Assembly (NCBI GenBank): GCA_016748015.1
Contig: JAAOMT010000289.1
Coordinates: 197,639 to 261,638, forward strand
Source: Geosiphon pyriformis uo1
Taxonomy: Eukaryota; Fungi; Glomeromycota
Length of the DNA: 64,000 nt
Reading direction: 5' to 3'
Positions 24,523-37,445 of this stretch are shown here, piece after piece; position 1 is the first letter of the stretch; every line of letters begins with the position of its first letter. The notes beneath the pieces were generated by a model that searched no databases, was not told the DNA's origin, and saw only the letters and a list, made by a program, of their open reading frames with translations. A program made the translations under genes and the position numbers.

Positions 24523-26292
24523 TATTATCTAAGTAAAAAAGCCAAATTAAAAAATATTAAAAAATGTGATTAAAATATGATAACATAAAAAAAACATAAT
24601 AATATAAAATAACACATTCTGTGGCTGTCCAAAAGTGCATTTACAATAAATGTTACCCTAGTGTTTTGTGTCTATATTGTGGTAAAGTAGAGGTGTCTGA
24701 TCATGTGTTTTCTTGTGTGGTTGATGATTTAGCTTGCCATCAGATCTTGGAATCTTGCATGTCTTCTTGGAGGGTGCTTTTTGGTCTCTCTCTTCCTTTT
24801 TTGGGTGTATTGCAAATGCTGTTAATCTGTGCTTTAGACTTCCCAGTTTTCTTAGCTCTTTACAAAGGTTTTGTTTTCAATAAATAGCTTCAGGAGACTA
24901 TTTCTGTTTTCCATAATTCCAAAGTTGCTGGTGTTAAAATTGCTGATTTTGTGCACTTTATTTGTCTTGCTTTTAGGAATGATGTTTGGTTGGTCCATGC
25001 TAAGCATTGTGCATTTATGGAAAAGAATAGCCTAATTCCAGTAAATGGCTCGATCTCTGTTTCGGTTTCTGGTTTGGCTTCAGGGTTTTCGGCTGGTGTG
25101 ATTGAATTGTTTGGCATTGTTGAGACTTTTGGTGTCTGTTTTGGTTTTCACAAGTCTTGTTCATTTTTTTCAGGTATTAGTAACCCAGTTTCTGTCAATA
25201 TAAGTGCATAGTGTTGTTCTAATTGGCTTGAGTGGCTGGTTACGTGTAGAAAATGCATGATTCACACTTAGTTTAGATTATTTCCTTGATGTATAGTTCT
25301 AAGTAGTATTTGGACCTCACTCATTAAATAAATAAATAAAAATAAAAAATAACACAAAATAATACATAATAATTTAGAATAATACAAAATAATACACAAT
25401 AATATAAAATAGTACAGAATAACTAATCATAATATAGAATAACTAATTATAATATAAAAAAACAAAGCAACAACAGAAATAATAAGCAATAACTAGTAAT
25501 AATAAATGGTTAAAAGCAATCTTATAAAACTAGAAAATATATATAAAAATAAATAGTTTTAGCAAATAAAAAAAAACAAACAGAAGATAAAAATATATTT
25601 TCTTAAAATATATCTTAGCTTTAAAAACTTAATAAATCTTTTTTATCTTATTTTTTTTATAATCTTATATTTACAATTAAATAAAAATATTATTCAATTT
25701 ACTTGTACATAATTCTTAAATTTGTGTTGTCAAAATTAAATTAATTATTTTTTTTACTTTTGTTCCAGACCAGATGCTCTTAGCATAAACTATTTTAGAA
25801 TTCTAATAACTTAAACTAATTACTTTTGATTATGGCAATTAATAATATTAATTTTTCTTTTTTTTTTTCTTATTTTTCTTTTTTTTCTTTTTTGAATTCT
25901 CTCTTTTTTTGGGTAGAGTAATAATATTAAAAAAATCAACTGTTTGGAAATAAACTTTATAATAGTCTAATAAAAAAACTTTTTATAGATTTGAATATTA
26001 ACTTTATCTTATTAGCTTATTAAAAAAGCAAAAAAACAATATTAAATCTTAATAACTGCATTCAACTAGCTTAAAAAAAATAACTTATATATAATTTAAT
26101 TATAAACAGTTAAATCACATTTCTGTGTCTTATAATTAAAGAACTCTACAATAAATTTACATTTATTGAAAACCTTCAGAAATTGATAACTCTAATTTGC
26201 TGTTTATGCAAACAAAAAAATCTTTAAGCTTATTTACTTAAATATAAAACACCAAATATTACTATTATATCTTATCAAGTTTATCTATAATA
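24523..26292 (+). repeat. 3' LTR of element A (interrupted by LINE fragment); U3 array of ~10-nt ATAACACAAA-like units
   Basis: Follows the PPT and begins TATTA (decayed TGTTA). The end is inferred where the old-LINE reading frame resumes (~26293); boundary approximate. Confidence 0.6.
24617..25340 (+). mobile_element. 5'-truncated LINE 3' end (ORF2 C-terminal CCHC domain, 3' UTR, (TAAA)n tail)
   Basis: ORF 24621-25211 with one in-frame TAG; CLYCGKVEVSDHVFSC zinc finger; tail ~25325-25345; TSD aaaataacaca (24606-24616/25346-25356); higher GC than flanks. Confidence 0.88.
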
Positions 26293-26754
26293 ATATATGT
26301 AATACTAAATTATTGTAATATTTTTAAAGTTTATTTAAAATATTAAACAAACTAGCAGTTTTACTATTAAAAAGCTTGTTAATTATATTTAATATTTTCT
26401 TAAAACCTATTATACCTATAACTTTAAAAAAAATATTATCATTTATATAATTTAAAAATAAGTATTAATATTATTATAAGTTAGAAATACTGTTTAAAAT
26501 TAATCTTTTTTATGTTTAATCTTTAATAATACTATCTATTTTAAACTTAATATCTTCAAAAACCAAAATTAATTTATTATTTATAATTAAATAGTCTAAT
26601 ACTATTTTACAAAATAAGTATTCTTTTTTTTATTTAAGTTTAATAAATATGATCCAATCACTATTTAGTACTTTAGAACAAATTAAATATTCTAAATTAA
26701 GTGTATTTTATGTATTTTTTATATGTAATCAGCTATTCAAACCAGTTTAGACTA

Positions 26755-29612
26755 CTATACTGCTATTTTACAAGAAAACTTGTACAAAGTAGATATTTTT
26801 TGAACAATATCAAATAAAATAAGATTACTAAAAACCAATTCAATAAGCTATTTGGCCATTTTTATGAAACTAGACTTAACTTTAAGAGATTTAAATTTCC
26901 AAAATGCTATTAATTTACCAAATACTTTATTACTTATTTCAACAAGAACTTTAAAATTACCAGATAAATCAATATTTTCTATATTATATTCTGTTTTTAA
27001 TAATACTATCTTTCTTTTCAACTTACCAATAGTTTTGTTTAAAGCACTTAAATATACTATAAGTTTATTAATCTTGTTTCCAAGCTTGCTGTTTGACATA
27101 AAATTACTCTTGACAAATTGTTCAAATACAATTATCAATACACCAACAGAATTAACAATTAAATTGACCAAAATTAACAATTTAATTAAATTAAATTTCA
27201 GAAATACTAGCCAAAAAAAGACCAAAAAATTAGCAACAGCTACAAAAAAAGAAGCAAGAGCCACTAAAAAAAAAACATAAAGAGATTCAAAAAAACAGAG
27301 ATCTTGGCATAAAACTTAGTACTTACAAAATATGAAACAAATATTTTAGAAATCTTGAAAAAAAAAGGTGAAAAAATCTTATAGTCTACAGTCAGATGAC
27401 CTATTTTTTGACATCTAAAACAGCATTAACAGCCAAGAATTTTTTATCAGATACAATACTTTTTTAGTATACTAGTCTTGAAAATTACAGTATTCAAATC
27501 AATCTAAAATCTAAATATAATCAGAGCAAACCAAAAACAATAACCAGAATTAAGAGAATAAGAAATAAAACATGTCAAATCACTAATCTAAAAAATTATA
27601 TTACTGATTTCAAAAACAGTATAGCCAAAAAAAAGTTGACCAACTTGGCTGTAAATTTATTATAAAACAAAATAATTTTATTTTAATTTACCAAAAAAAA
27701 GATTCCAACACTATTTTTGTTTATCAATATTAACCAATAATTTAAAGCAGATGTAATAGTATTTAGCTTTTTAAAATAAATAACAATATATTATTAAACA
27801 CTAGTAAATTTTAGTATAACATGAACAATTTTATCAAAGATATCAAGTACTGTTTTAATATTAGTAACAAACATATTTAAAGACATATTATGTAAAGCAA
27901 CAATAGCAAAAAACTCAGAAATTACCAAAAATTTGGCAATTTTAAGAGTAGTCAAATAAATAGAACTCATAAACTCAACCAAAAAAACAGCTTCTAAAAA
28001 CTTTTGAAAGGCAAACTCTACACAAAAAAAGCTTTATATTATCTTTTAACACTGATTTTGCATTCAAAAAACCATATACAGACTAAAAAACAGTCTTAAT
28101 ATAAACCAATTTAATCTTGAAAGTAGTAATAAAAACCAAAGTAGAGATTATCTACTTAGTAAACTTTTGATAATTAAAAATAATTTTTTAAGCACTATTA
28201 ATAACATACTAAATAATGCAACAAAAATCTTATTTAAGATCTCATTAAAAACTACAAAAATATTTAGTATAACAATAACAGAAACAAGTAACTGCTCTTA
28301 TTTTTTTGAATTTTTAGTTTTTTTGACTATTTTTTTTTAAGAAACAGTAATAACAGCATTAGATGTAAAAGTTATAGAGAAGAAAATCAGCTTGTTAACT
28401 AATTTGTTATTAAAAATCTTTGGACTCTTAGAAAAAATAGAGACAACACTAAAATTAACCCAAGTGTGTCTCTTTAAAAGAACTTTGACTGGAAAAAAAC
28501 CAGCCAAAGATAAAAAAGATGCTTTAGTAGTCACTGTTACAGATAATTATTTAAAGTGTTGGAATAAATAACAAATCTGTAACTTGGTGCTTAATAGCTG
28601 GTAATGTTAGTAATTTCTGAAGATTTTGGAGTTTAAAGGTTTTGGTTGAGTCTTTTATATAATGAACAGAGTTTTAATTAATGGTTTCTTTTATGAATTT
28701 TTTTCTTCAATATAATGGCCAGTTTATTTTGACAGTCATGTTTTTTTGGTAAGCTATTTTTAAATTTCTACTCTTATTTTCAGGTCTTTTACCAGACTAT
28801 TTTTAATATTAAATACTTAGCACTTAATTTCTTTTAATTAATTAGTAAACAATAAAAAAATAAAAATAAAATAAAAATAAAAAAAAATAAAAAAAATTAA
28901 TAAAAAATTAGTATCCTATTAATAACTGTAATCAAGAGTTATTGGTCTAGTATAATTAAGTCTTAAATTCTATTAACATAGAGTGTTAATAGAGTAGAAA
29001 TAATTAATATTGCTTTAATTAAGTAATGATAATATAGATTCAGGAAATAATTAATATTTTATTAATATGTGATTTAATTCTGTTTTAAGTTGTAGAAAAC
29101 TACCTTTTGAAGAGAGAGGTATTATATATTTAATGGTTTTAACTGATTTGTTTCGATCAATTCTGTTTTTAATACTCTCATTATATATATATATTTTTTA
29201 TTATATAAGATTTCACATTTTTTTGAACAATGTGTCCTATTTTTTCTGATAATATGCTTATTGCTGAGCAATATGTCATGATTTTTTAACAATATGCTTA
29301 TTGCTAAGCAGTGTGTCATAATTTACTAACAATATGTATATTGCTGAGCAATATATCATAATTTTTTAATATTGTGCTCATTTACTAAGTTTTATTTTTC
29401 TATTGGTCTATTTTTTTATTTGTTTTTTTTATTTGTACTTTTTCTATAAGTAACACTACCAAAGACAGTTTTTATTATCAATATTTAAAGAAAAAGCTTT
29501 TAAGATATTTTGTCTGGCAGTTTTTACAACAAAAAATACTTTTTTGGTTAAAACTTTATGAAATACCAAAAAAAATATCAATTATAGCTTTTTTACTTTT
29601 TGCTCTAATTAT
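26755..29612 (-). pseudogene. ORF1p-like protein of the HAL1-like element (RRM-like region, CCHC knuckle, C-terminal coiled coil); split by solo LTR F
   Basis: ORFs 28337-28534, 27794-27982 and 26848-27264; knuckle remnant CFRCQKIGHLTVDY at ~27383-27425. Confidence 0.75.
28535..29455 (-). mobile_element. Solo LTR F (C-type U3, variant R/U5)
   Basis: TGTTAC...GTAACA ends; TTGCTGAGCAA units at ~29255-29390; degenerate TSD TCAC/CTAC. Confidence 0.85.
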
Positions 29613-29647
29613 GATTATAAAATTAAGAAAACAAAAAGAATATATAT

Positions 29648-30472
29648 TGTTACTTATAAAAATAAGAATAATAATAAGTAAAAAAAATAGCCAATCAGAA
29701 AAAAGCATATTAAATAAAAGAATTCTAAAATTTTTTTCAGGAAATTGCAGGATTCCAGAATTTTAAGATTCCTTTTAAAGGAATTGAAAAATTTCAAGAA
29801 ATCTTGTATAATATAAATTATGAATATATAGTGAGAGTATTAGAAGCAAAAAAAGTATTTAATTAATTCAGAATTTAAAATAACAATACTCCTCTTTTCA
29901 AAAAATAGTTTTTTATAACTTGAAATAAAATTATACCAATATTAATAAAATTATTTATTATTATCTAATTTATATTATCATTACTTAATTAAGAAATATT
30001 AATCAATTTTACACTATTAACACTCTATATTAATAAAATTTAATATTTAATTATACTGAACCAATTGCTTTTAATTATGATTATTAACAAAAAAATTTTT
30101 TCTTATTTTCTTTTTTATTTCTTTTATTTTGTTTTATTTTGTTTTATTTTTTTTGTTGTTTACTAATTGATTAAAAAATTAAGTACTAAGTAATTAACAT
30201 CAAAAATAGTTTGGTAAAAAACTTGGGAATAAAAATAGAAAACTTAAGAATAGCTTATCAAAAGAATATAACTGTTAGAATAAATCAGTTATTATACTGA
30301 AAAAAAAAATTCATAAAAAAAACTATCAATTGAATCTTTATCTATTATACAAAAAACTTAACCAAAACTTTTAGACTTCAAAATTTTTAAAAACTACTAT
30401 CATTAATAGCTATTAAACACCAAGTTATGGGTTTGTTATTTGTTTTAGTATTCCAAATAATTACTTGTAACA
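29648..30472 (+). mobile_element. Solo LTR G (B-type U3, variant R/U5)
   Basis: TGTTAC...GTAACA ends; TSD ATAT (29644-29647/30473-30476); gaattgcaggattccagaatt units at ~29720-29800. Confidence 0.87.
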
Positions 30473-33400
30473 ATATATAATATAAGTATTTTAAGATATT
30501 TTTAATAATATAATCTTTGTTTATTGCAAAATTTTCTATATATTTTAAAATAATTGATCTAATTTTTAATTTTTTTAATCTCAAAAACTTTGAAAGTTTA
30601 AACACACAATAAAACTTTTTTGTATTACAAAACACAAAATAAATATTATTAAATTAGCACTAATATTCAAAAAGTTTAAATACAAGCAGATTTTTCAATA
30701 TTAAAAAACTTTTAATAAATTATTAATAAATCAAATTCAATATTTGGCTTAAAATATAATGCTTTAACAATCTTAAAAACCAGAATTTTCAACTTATGTA
30801 ATTTGAATAAAAGTTTAAAAAAAAACAATATTATACTTTTTATATTATAACTTAAAAAAATTTTGTTTGCAAAAAAACAAACTACCTTATAATTCACATT
30901 TTACATAGAGTCTAAATTAAAAAATTTTGTTAAAATAAAGAAGTCAGCATAAAACAAAACACAATTGGCTTTTGTAATATTCTTAAAATAAGCTTATTTA
31001 ACATTTTTTGTACTTTTTATATTGAATTTTTACTGATTTTTGTTTGTTTATTTGTTTGCAAAAAAATTTAACTGTGTATTTAGAAGTCTATTTAAACCAA
31101 TAAAAACAAAAACTGTTTAGTAATTAGTGTTAAAAAAGTTAATAACATTTATTATATATTTGTTTATTACAATATTAATAAAGCTTGTAAAAACTAAAAT
31201 AAAGTTTAATATTTTATTTATACTCTTGCAATTTTTTTATGTAGTTATATTTTCAATTAAAAATTAATCAAACTAAAAAGTAATAATATTATAATATATT
31301 AATCAATTATTAAATAACAATATAAATAGCACAGATTAATAAATAAAATTAGAAAATATGACATGTATACAATAGTATATAAAAAATGCACAAATGTATT
31401 CAATTTAACATGATTACAAACAAGTGAGCCAAGAAGCACCTACAGTTAAACAAAAGGCTTAATAGTTTAACAATTACTTACTAATCAGTTAAAATAAGTA
31501 TAATCATATATAATTCAAAACATGTATATATATAATAGCTTTCAAACTAAAAAAAATACAGACAAGAAAAAAAATAATAAACAAAAAGTCAATTAGGCGA
31601 AATAAAAATGAAAAATTTGGATTATAATCTTAAAAAAAGCTGAACAGTATATTTATCAAGCTTTATATTATTTATTAATACTAAAATCAATAGAATTGAA
31701 GATCTTTTTTTTTTATAATTCAGTCTTTCATAAATAATCTAAATGACCATTACTTCTCTTTTACCATTATTTTTTTGTTGAGAAAAAACAACAATAAAAA
31801 CGTCTAATATGCTAACAAAAACACAAATAAAGCCCAAGCTTAACAAAATTGAAAACACATTAAAAAGATATTAAATACATAAAATTACTTAGAAAATACT
31901 TTTAATATCTTGGCCAAAATTAACAATTAACTTAAAAATCCAGAATAAGCTTTTTATATCTTTAGAAAAATAATCTCTAATCAAGATTATTTTACAAATA
32001 CTAATTTGTATTGAATTCTACTTTTTGTTTTAATTTTTTTTAAATTTATTAAGAATAAAATACTGCTTTATTACAAGTAAAAAAAATACAGATATTACAA
32101 GATAAAAAAAGTATTTCTGTAAAAGTCTTAAGAAAAAACACAATTAAAAATATAGAGATACAACAGAAATTCTTCTTAAAAAATTAATATAGTAATAATT
32201 ATTAACAGCAATTTTGATAAAAATATTATATTACACACAAAATTCAATAACAAAAACACTTACTAGAAGAAATTATTCAATATCTGTTAGGATGTTAGGA
32301 AAACTTACTAAGCTAATTTTCAGATTCTTAAATAAGAATTTAGCATAAATTAAAAGTAATGCTAATTAAGATTAATATACTTATCTTTATATCAAAATTA
32401 AATAATTTATTATATCATTACTTGATCTAAAAAGCCATAGAAATTAATTATAATATGACTATTATAGGAAAAAAAAACACTCATAATATTTGGTATTTAC
32501 TCTAAGAGTCAATTTTAATCTATTCAATTTACCTAAATCCTAACAATAATTAATTGTGTAAATTAATAGATTAAAATAGCAGAATCAGCAACAATCACTA
32601 ATTTTTTTACCCGAAACTTATATTATCAATTTTAAAAAAGAGTGGAATTACCTAATAATTTTTTTTTAATTAACACAATTTTTCTTACAACTATTATCAA
32701 TAACAAAATATTAATTACTATATTTTTTTTTGAACTTAAGAAAAAAAATTTATCTTTATCTTGTTTAATAAAACCACTTTAAATAAAACCAATCACTGCC
32801 ATATATACTGAAACAAAAACAAATAATAAATTCATCAAACTAGTCCTAAACAGCAGATCAGTAGGAAGCATTATTTCTCTTTAATTAATAAACTAATTAG
32901 GTTATCAAATTAACAAAAATACCAGTACTTTTATTATTACCACTAACAGAGCAAAGAAAATGCCAATCAAAAAAATTGACTCTTTTTTCTTTGACATAAA
33001 CAGAATAATTATTTTTACTAAAGTATTAGTTATAAATACAACTTAATACCAAGCATTAATCAGAAATAATTAATTAGAAAAAGCAAATGCCACTTTAAAT
33101 TGGTTAATTTAAGAGTTACAACTAATATATTAAGAACAATACACATAAGTATTTGCTATATATAAATATTTTAAAAGAAATTTTTACACAAACAATTCAC
33201 TCTAGTTTAAATTTGAAAAAATGTTGGAAATGAAAGCTATCAAATTATATCAGATTAAGTGGAACAAAAATAACTGTAAAAAACTACCATCTGTTTTTAA
33301 GTAGACTAACAAAATCTCTAACTTTATACTATTGTACTTTCTTCATCTCCAATATTACTAAAGTTATCAACCAAAATTACAATGTTTAGTTTGTCAAAAA

Positions 33401-34149
33401 AAACTATCTTTTATAATAGCTTGTATTGCTTTACATAAAAATAACTAACAAATTATCTACTATTATTGTAATCAATATCACAAAAAAATGTATGGATATT
33501 TAAAATGAACAGGAAAATAGGACAAAACTTTTTATATCACATGTAAAAAAATCTTATCTAATAAATGCAATTAGATTAATATGCAATTTAGAGAAGTCAT
33601 ATATAATCTTATTAATATACTGTTCTTATTATTGACTAGATAAGAAAAAAATTTTTCTTTAATATTACTTATAATAAAGTCTTAAATCACATATATTATT
33701 ACTCACATAATACTAAACAACTGTATAATACAGCTAAAGCAAACATACAAGATGAAATGGCTAAAGAAATTCAAAATTAGAAAACACTGGCAGAAGTTAT
33801 TAAAAAAGTTGTTAGATACAATCTTTTAAATCTCCTACAAAAATTTTAAGACTACTATTAAGAACTTTGTTCAACACAAGAAAAGCAAAAACAATACTTT
33901 GTACAGATAAATACTTATTTGTATAAGAACTGCTTAATCTTTTATTAATTACAATGTTATTTTGATTGTTAGCCCCAGTCCAAATTATTTAAAAAAACAG
34001 CTTAATCTAGAAATTATTCAAATCATAAAGCAAAAAATACAATCTTACAAACACTAAAAATGCTATTAAACAATTTACATATCTTTATTAATTTTCAACA
34101 AAAATTAAATATTAAATACTTCATTAACAACAATTAAAGAATTCTTTTA

Positions 34150-34530
34150 GAATGAACACATTCAACTAATATTAAACTTGATCTTTAATATTCCAAAATT
34201 AAACACTAATGTTAAAATCATTTGTTGTTATTAGAATTAACCTAAAAATAGTGTTCAAAATACCAACTGAAACCATAATACAAATAGTTTTTCAATCTAG
34301 TTTAGCCAAAAAGAAAATTAATATTAAAAAAGAAATTATAGACTTTAAATATATGAAAAATCTTATAGTTTTATTACACAACAAATCAGACCAATCATAT
34401 GTGATTAAACTAAAAGAAAAAATTATACAAGCAATTTTCTTATCTTTACTTTAAATTACTAGATTAATTATCATTAAGACCTGAAAAAACTAAGAGAAAC
34501 TAAACATAGAACTCAAAATCTTGGTTTTAT
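34150..34530 (+). pseudogene. dut: Element H dUTPase remnant
   Basis: ORF 34209-34454 (QSSLAKKKINIKKEIIDFKYMKNL...EKIIQAIFL) is collinear with 11440-11873. Confidence 0.8.
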
Positions 34531-36543
34531 GTAAACAGTTACACTAGTAGTTAACTACATAAAAACAATGCAGAAAAACTTAGCCATAATTTGAATCAAT
34601 AAAATAATTACAATCTTACTATTCAGAATATACTTATTTAATATATACAAAAAGGCAACAAAAAAAGATCTTTTATTTAAACTGTATATTTTTCTTTGTA
34701 AACAATTTTTAATTAGTCTTATTAATTTGTATATATTATACTATAACTACCTGCAAATAAAAATACTGATTTACAACTTATTCAAAAAAACTATATACTT
34801 ATCTAAAAATACAGTTTTAAGATATTTAAGTACAAATATTACTAATTAATATGAATTTCAGAAAATCTTTGACTTTCTTTAGTTGGTGTTATATTATAAA
34901 ACTGAACTGATTTCATTAAAATTAAGTACTAAATATTACCAAATAACTAATGAAAAGTTAATTAAGCTTAATCTTAGATCATTAAACTCTTTACAATAAA
35001 GACAATTAAAAGCACTTATCTTAAAATACTTAAACATTTTTGCCAAAAAAAATGAGTTTAAACAAACCAACTTAGTTCATTATCAGATTTATACAAAAAA
35101 CACATTATTTATTAAGCAATATATTTATTGAGTACTATTATTTAAACATAATTTTATAAAAAAAGAAGTTAATTAAATATTAAAAAACGGGCTTATATAA
35201 CCCTTTATAAGTCCTTGGTCTTTATCTGTCATTCTAGTACAGAAAAAAAATAAAAAAATCCAATTTTGCATTAATTATAGAAAATTCAATAATATTACTA
35301 AGAAAAATATTTACTTTTTATCATAAATTAATAAAATTTTGAATATTCTAGAAAAATTTAAATGGTTTTCAATCTTAGATTTTGCTAGTAAATATTAACA
35401 AATAGCCATGAATTCCAACAACCAGAAAAAAACTATCTTTACAATTCAAAATAACAATTATAAATTTAATATAATGCTATTTAGATTAACTAATGTCTTT
35501 GTAATATTTCAATAACTAATAGATATTGTCTACTTCAGAATTCTGTAAAAATCTGTAAGAGTCTATTTGAACAACACAAATGTGTTCTTGTCAACATTTA
35601 AAAAACATCTTAAATATCTACAGCAAGTTTTTAAAAAACTTTAGACTATTAGACCAAAACTTAATCCCAAAAAATACTTCTTCAGAAAATTACAACTTGT
35701 TTTTCTAAGGCATATTATTAAAAAAAAAGAATAAAACCCAACTTTATGAAAATTGAAAAAGTCAAAAATTTTCCTTGTTTTTAAAATCTAACTGAACTTC
35801 ATAGATTTTTAGAACTTACTTCATACTATCAAAAATTTATTAAAAACTTTTTAATAATGGCTTAACTGTTAAATTAATTATTAGCCAAAAATACAACACA
35901 AAAATAAAGTAAAAAACAAAAATAAGCATTTAACTACCTAAAACAAAAGCTTATTAAAGCTTCTATCTTAGTATACTCCAATTTTACCAAGAAATTTGTA
36001 TTTACAACCAATGTTTTCAGAATAGATTTAGGTGCCATGTTATCACAACAAAACAAAAAAAAAACACATAGTTATATATGTTAGCAGAGATCTAAGCATA
36101 ACCAAAAAAACTATGCAGCTTATGAAGTAAAATGTTTTGCAATTATATGAGCCATAAAATATTTTAGACAATATTTGTTATATAATCTATTTAATATTAT
36201 TACAAATTACAAAAAACTTATCTGATTAATAAACAAAAACTTTTTGGAAAAATGTTATGTCAGATAAGTTACTATTTTACAATTCTATATATTTAACATT
36301 ATTTATAAAGAAAAAACTAAGAACACAAATGCAGACTGTTTATCCCAAATAAAACATACATAATTATTAAGAATCACTTATTAAATAATCAAAATAAATA
36401 TTAAAACATACCAATGTTTGATATATTACTTTATAATTCTTCAATTATCAATAAAACTATTGTTGAAAAAACAAACAAAAATTCAGAAACAAGCTAAATA
36501 TTATCTTGTTGAAAACAATATACTGTATTAATACTACTAATAT

Positions 36544-37445
36544 TATTACAGATACTTATTTGGAGTGCTAATACAAATAACAGATCCATAATTTGATACT
36601 TAATAAGTAATATGATTGAGAGTATCTAAAGATTTTTGGATTGAAGTTTTTTGTATAATGAACAAAAATTTAATGGTTGTTTTCAGTAGTCTCCCAAAAT
36701 ATTGATTTTATCAAATTTCTTTTTTCAACATGATAGTCAGTTTATTCTGACAGTTGTGCTCTTCTGGTAAGCTATCTGTTAAGTTATAACTCTATATCCT
36801 TATTTTTGGGTCTTTTACCAGGCTATTTTTAATGTTAATTAATCAGTGCTTAATCCTTTAAATCAGTTTAATAAACAACAAACAACAAAAAAAAAGAAAG
36901 AAAATAAAAAAAACAAAAGGAAATAAAATAAAATAAAAAATTGGTATTCTATTAATAACTGTAATTAAAAACTATTGTTTTAGTATAGTTAAATATTAGA
37001 TTCTATTAACATAAAGTGTTGATAGAATAGAGATAATTACTATTTTTTAATCAAGTAATAATAACATAAATTTAGATAGTAATTAATAATTTATTAATAT
37101 ATAATATAGATTTTGAATTGGTTCTAACTATTTTTTTAACTGAAAATTCTAGTCAAATGTTCTAACTGTGGATTTTGTCTTTTCTGCTTCTAATATTCTC
37201 ACTATATATACATAATTAATGTTCTATAAGATCTCACATATTCATAAACCATGTGCTATAATTTCTTAAGCAATGTTCATATTGCTAAGTAATGTGTTTT
37301 AATCTACTAATATTGTTCACATTGTTAAGCAATATCCCATAATTTATTAGCAATATGTTTATGTGCTCAATACTATTCTTTTATTGGTCTATTTTTTTAT
37401 TTGTTTTTTCTATTATTTCTCTTGTACTCTTTTTTATAAATAACA
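36544..37445 (-). mobile_element. Solo LTR I (C-type U3) inserted at the start of H integrase
   Basis: TATTAC...TAACA ends; TSD ATAT/ACAT; homologous to C and F LTRs. Confidence 0.85.

Larger units (their letters stand above)
1..26292 (+). mobile_element. Ty3/Gypsy element A (old, heavily eroded; 5' part outside window), interrupted by element B (1108-22905) and a LINE 3' fragment in its 3' LTR
   Basis: 1-1107 encodes decayed RT end/RNase H/integrase N-terminus (YYW..Y..I..CNFCQR, KIGIDL). The frame resumes exactly at 22910 (ITV-YYLIK*FEAR), then integrase C-terminus, ORF3, PPT aaaagagagataa (~24510-24522) and 3' LTR. Confidence 0.85.
26624..30481 (-). mobile_element. ORF1-only non-LTR element (HAL1/half-LINE-like, ~2.1 kb net), containing solo LTRs F and G
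   Basis: TSD ataagtatt (26614-26622/30482-30490); A-tail 26624-26631; 3' UTR 26632-26754 homologous to LINE 3' UTRs at 25212-25325 and 44530-44650; a single ORF1-like frame and no APE/RT. Confidence 0.8.

Noticed and set aside
31240-31260. TSD for element H
   Set aside because: The left junction is ragged (LTR start and about 20 host codons appear lost), so the ATAT match is unreliable and was left out of the TSD tally.
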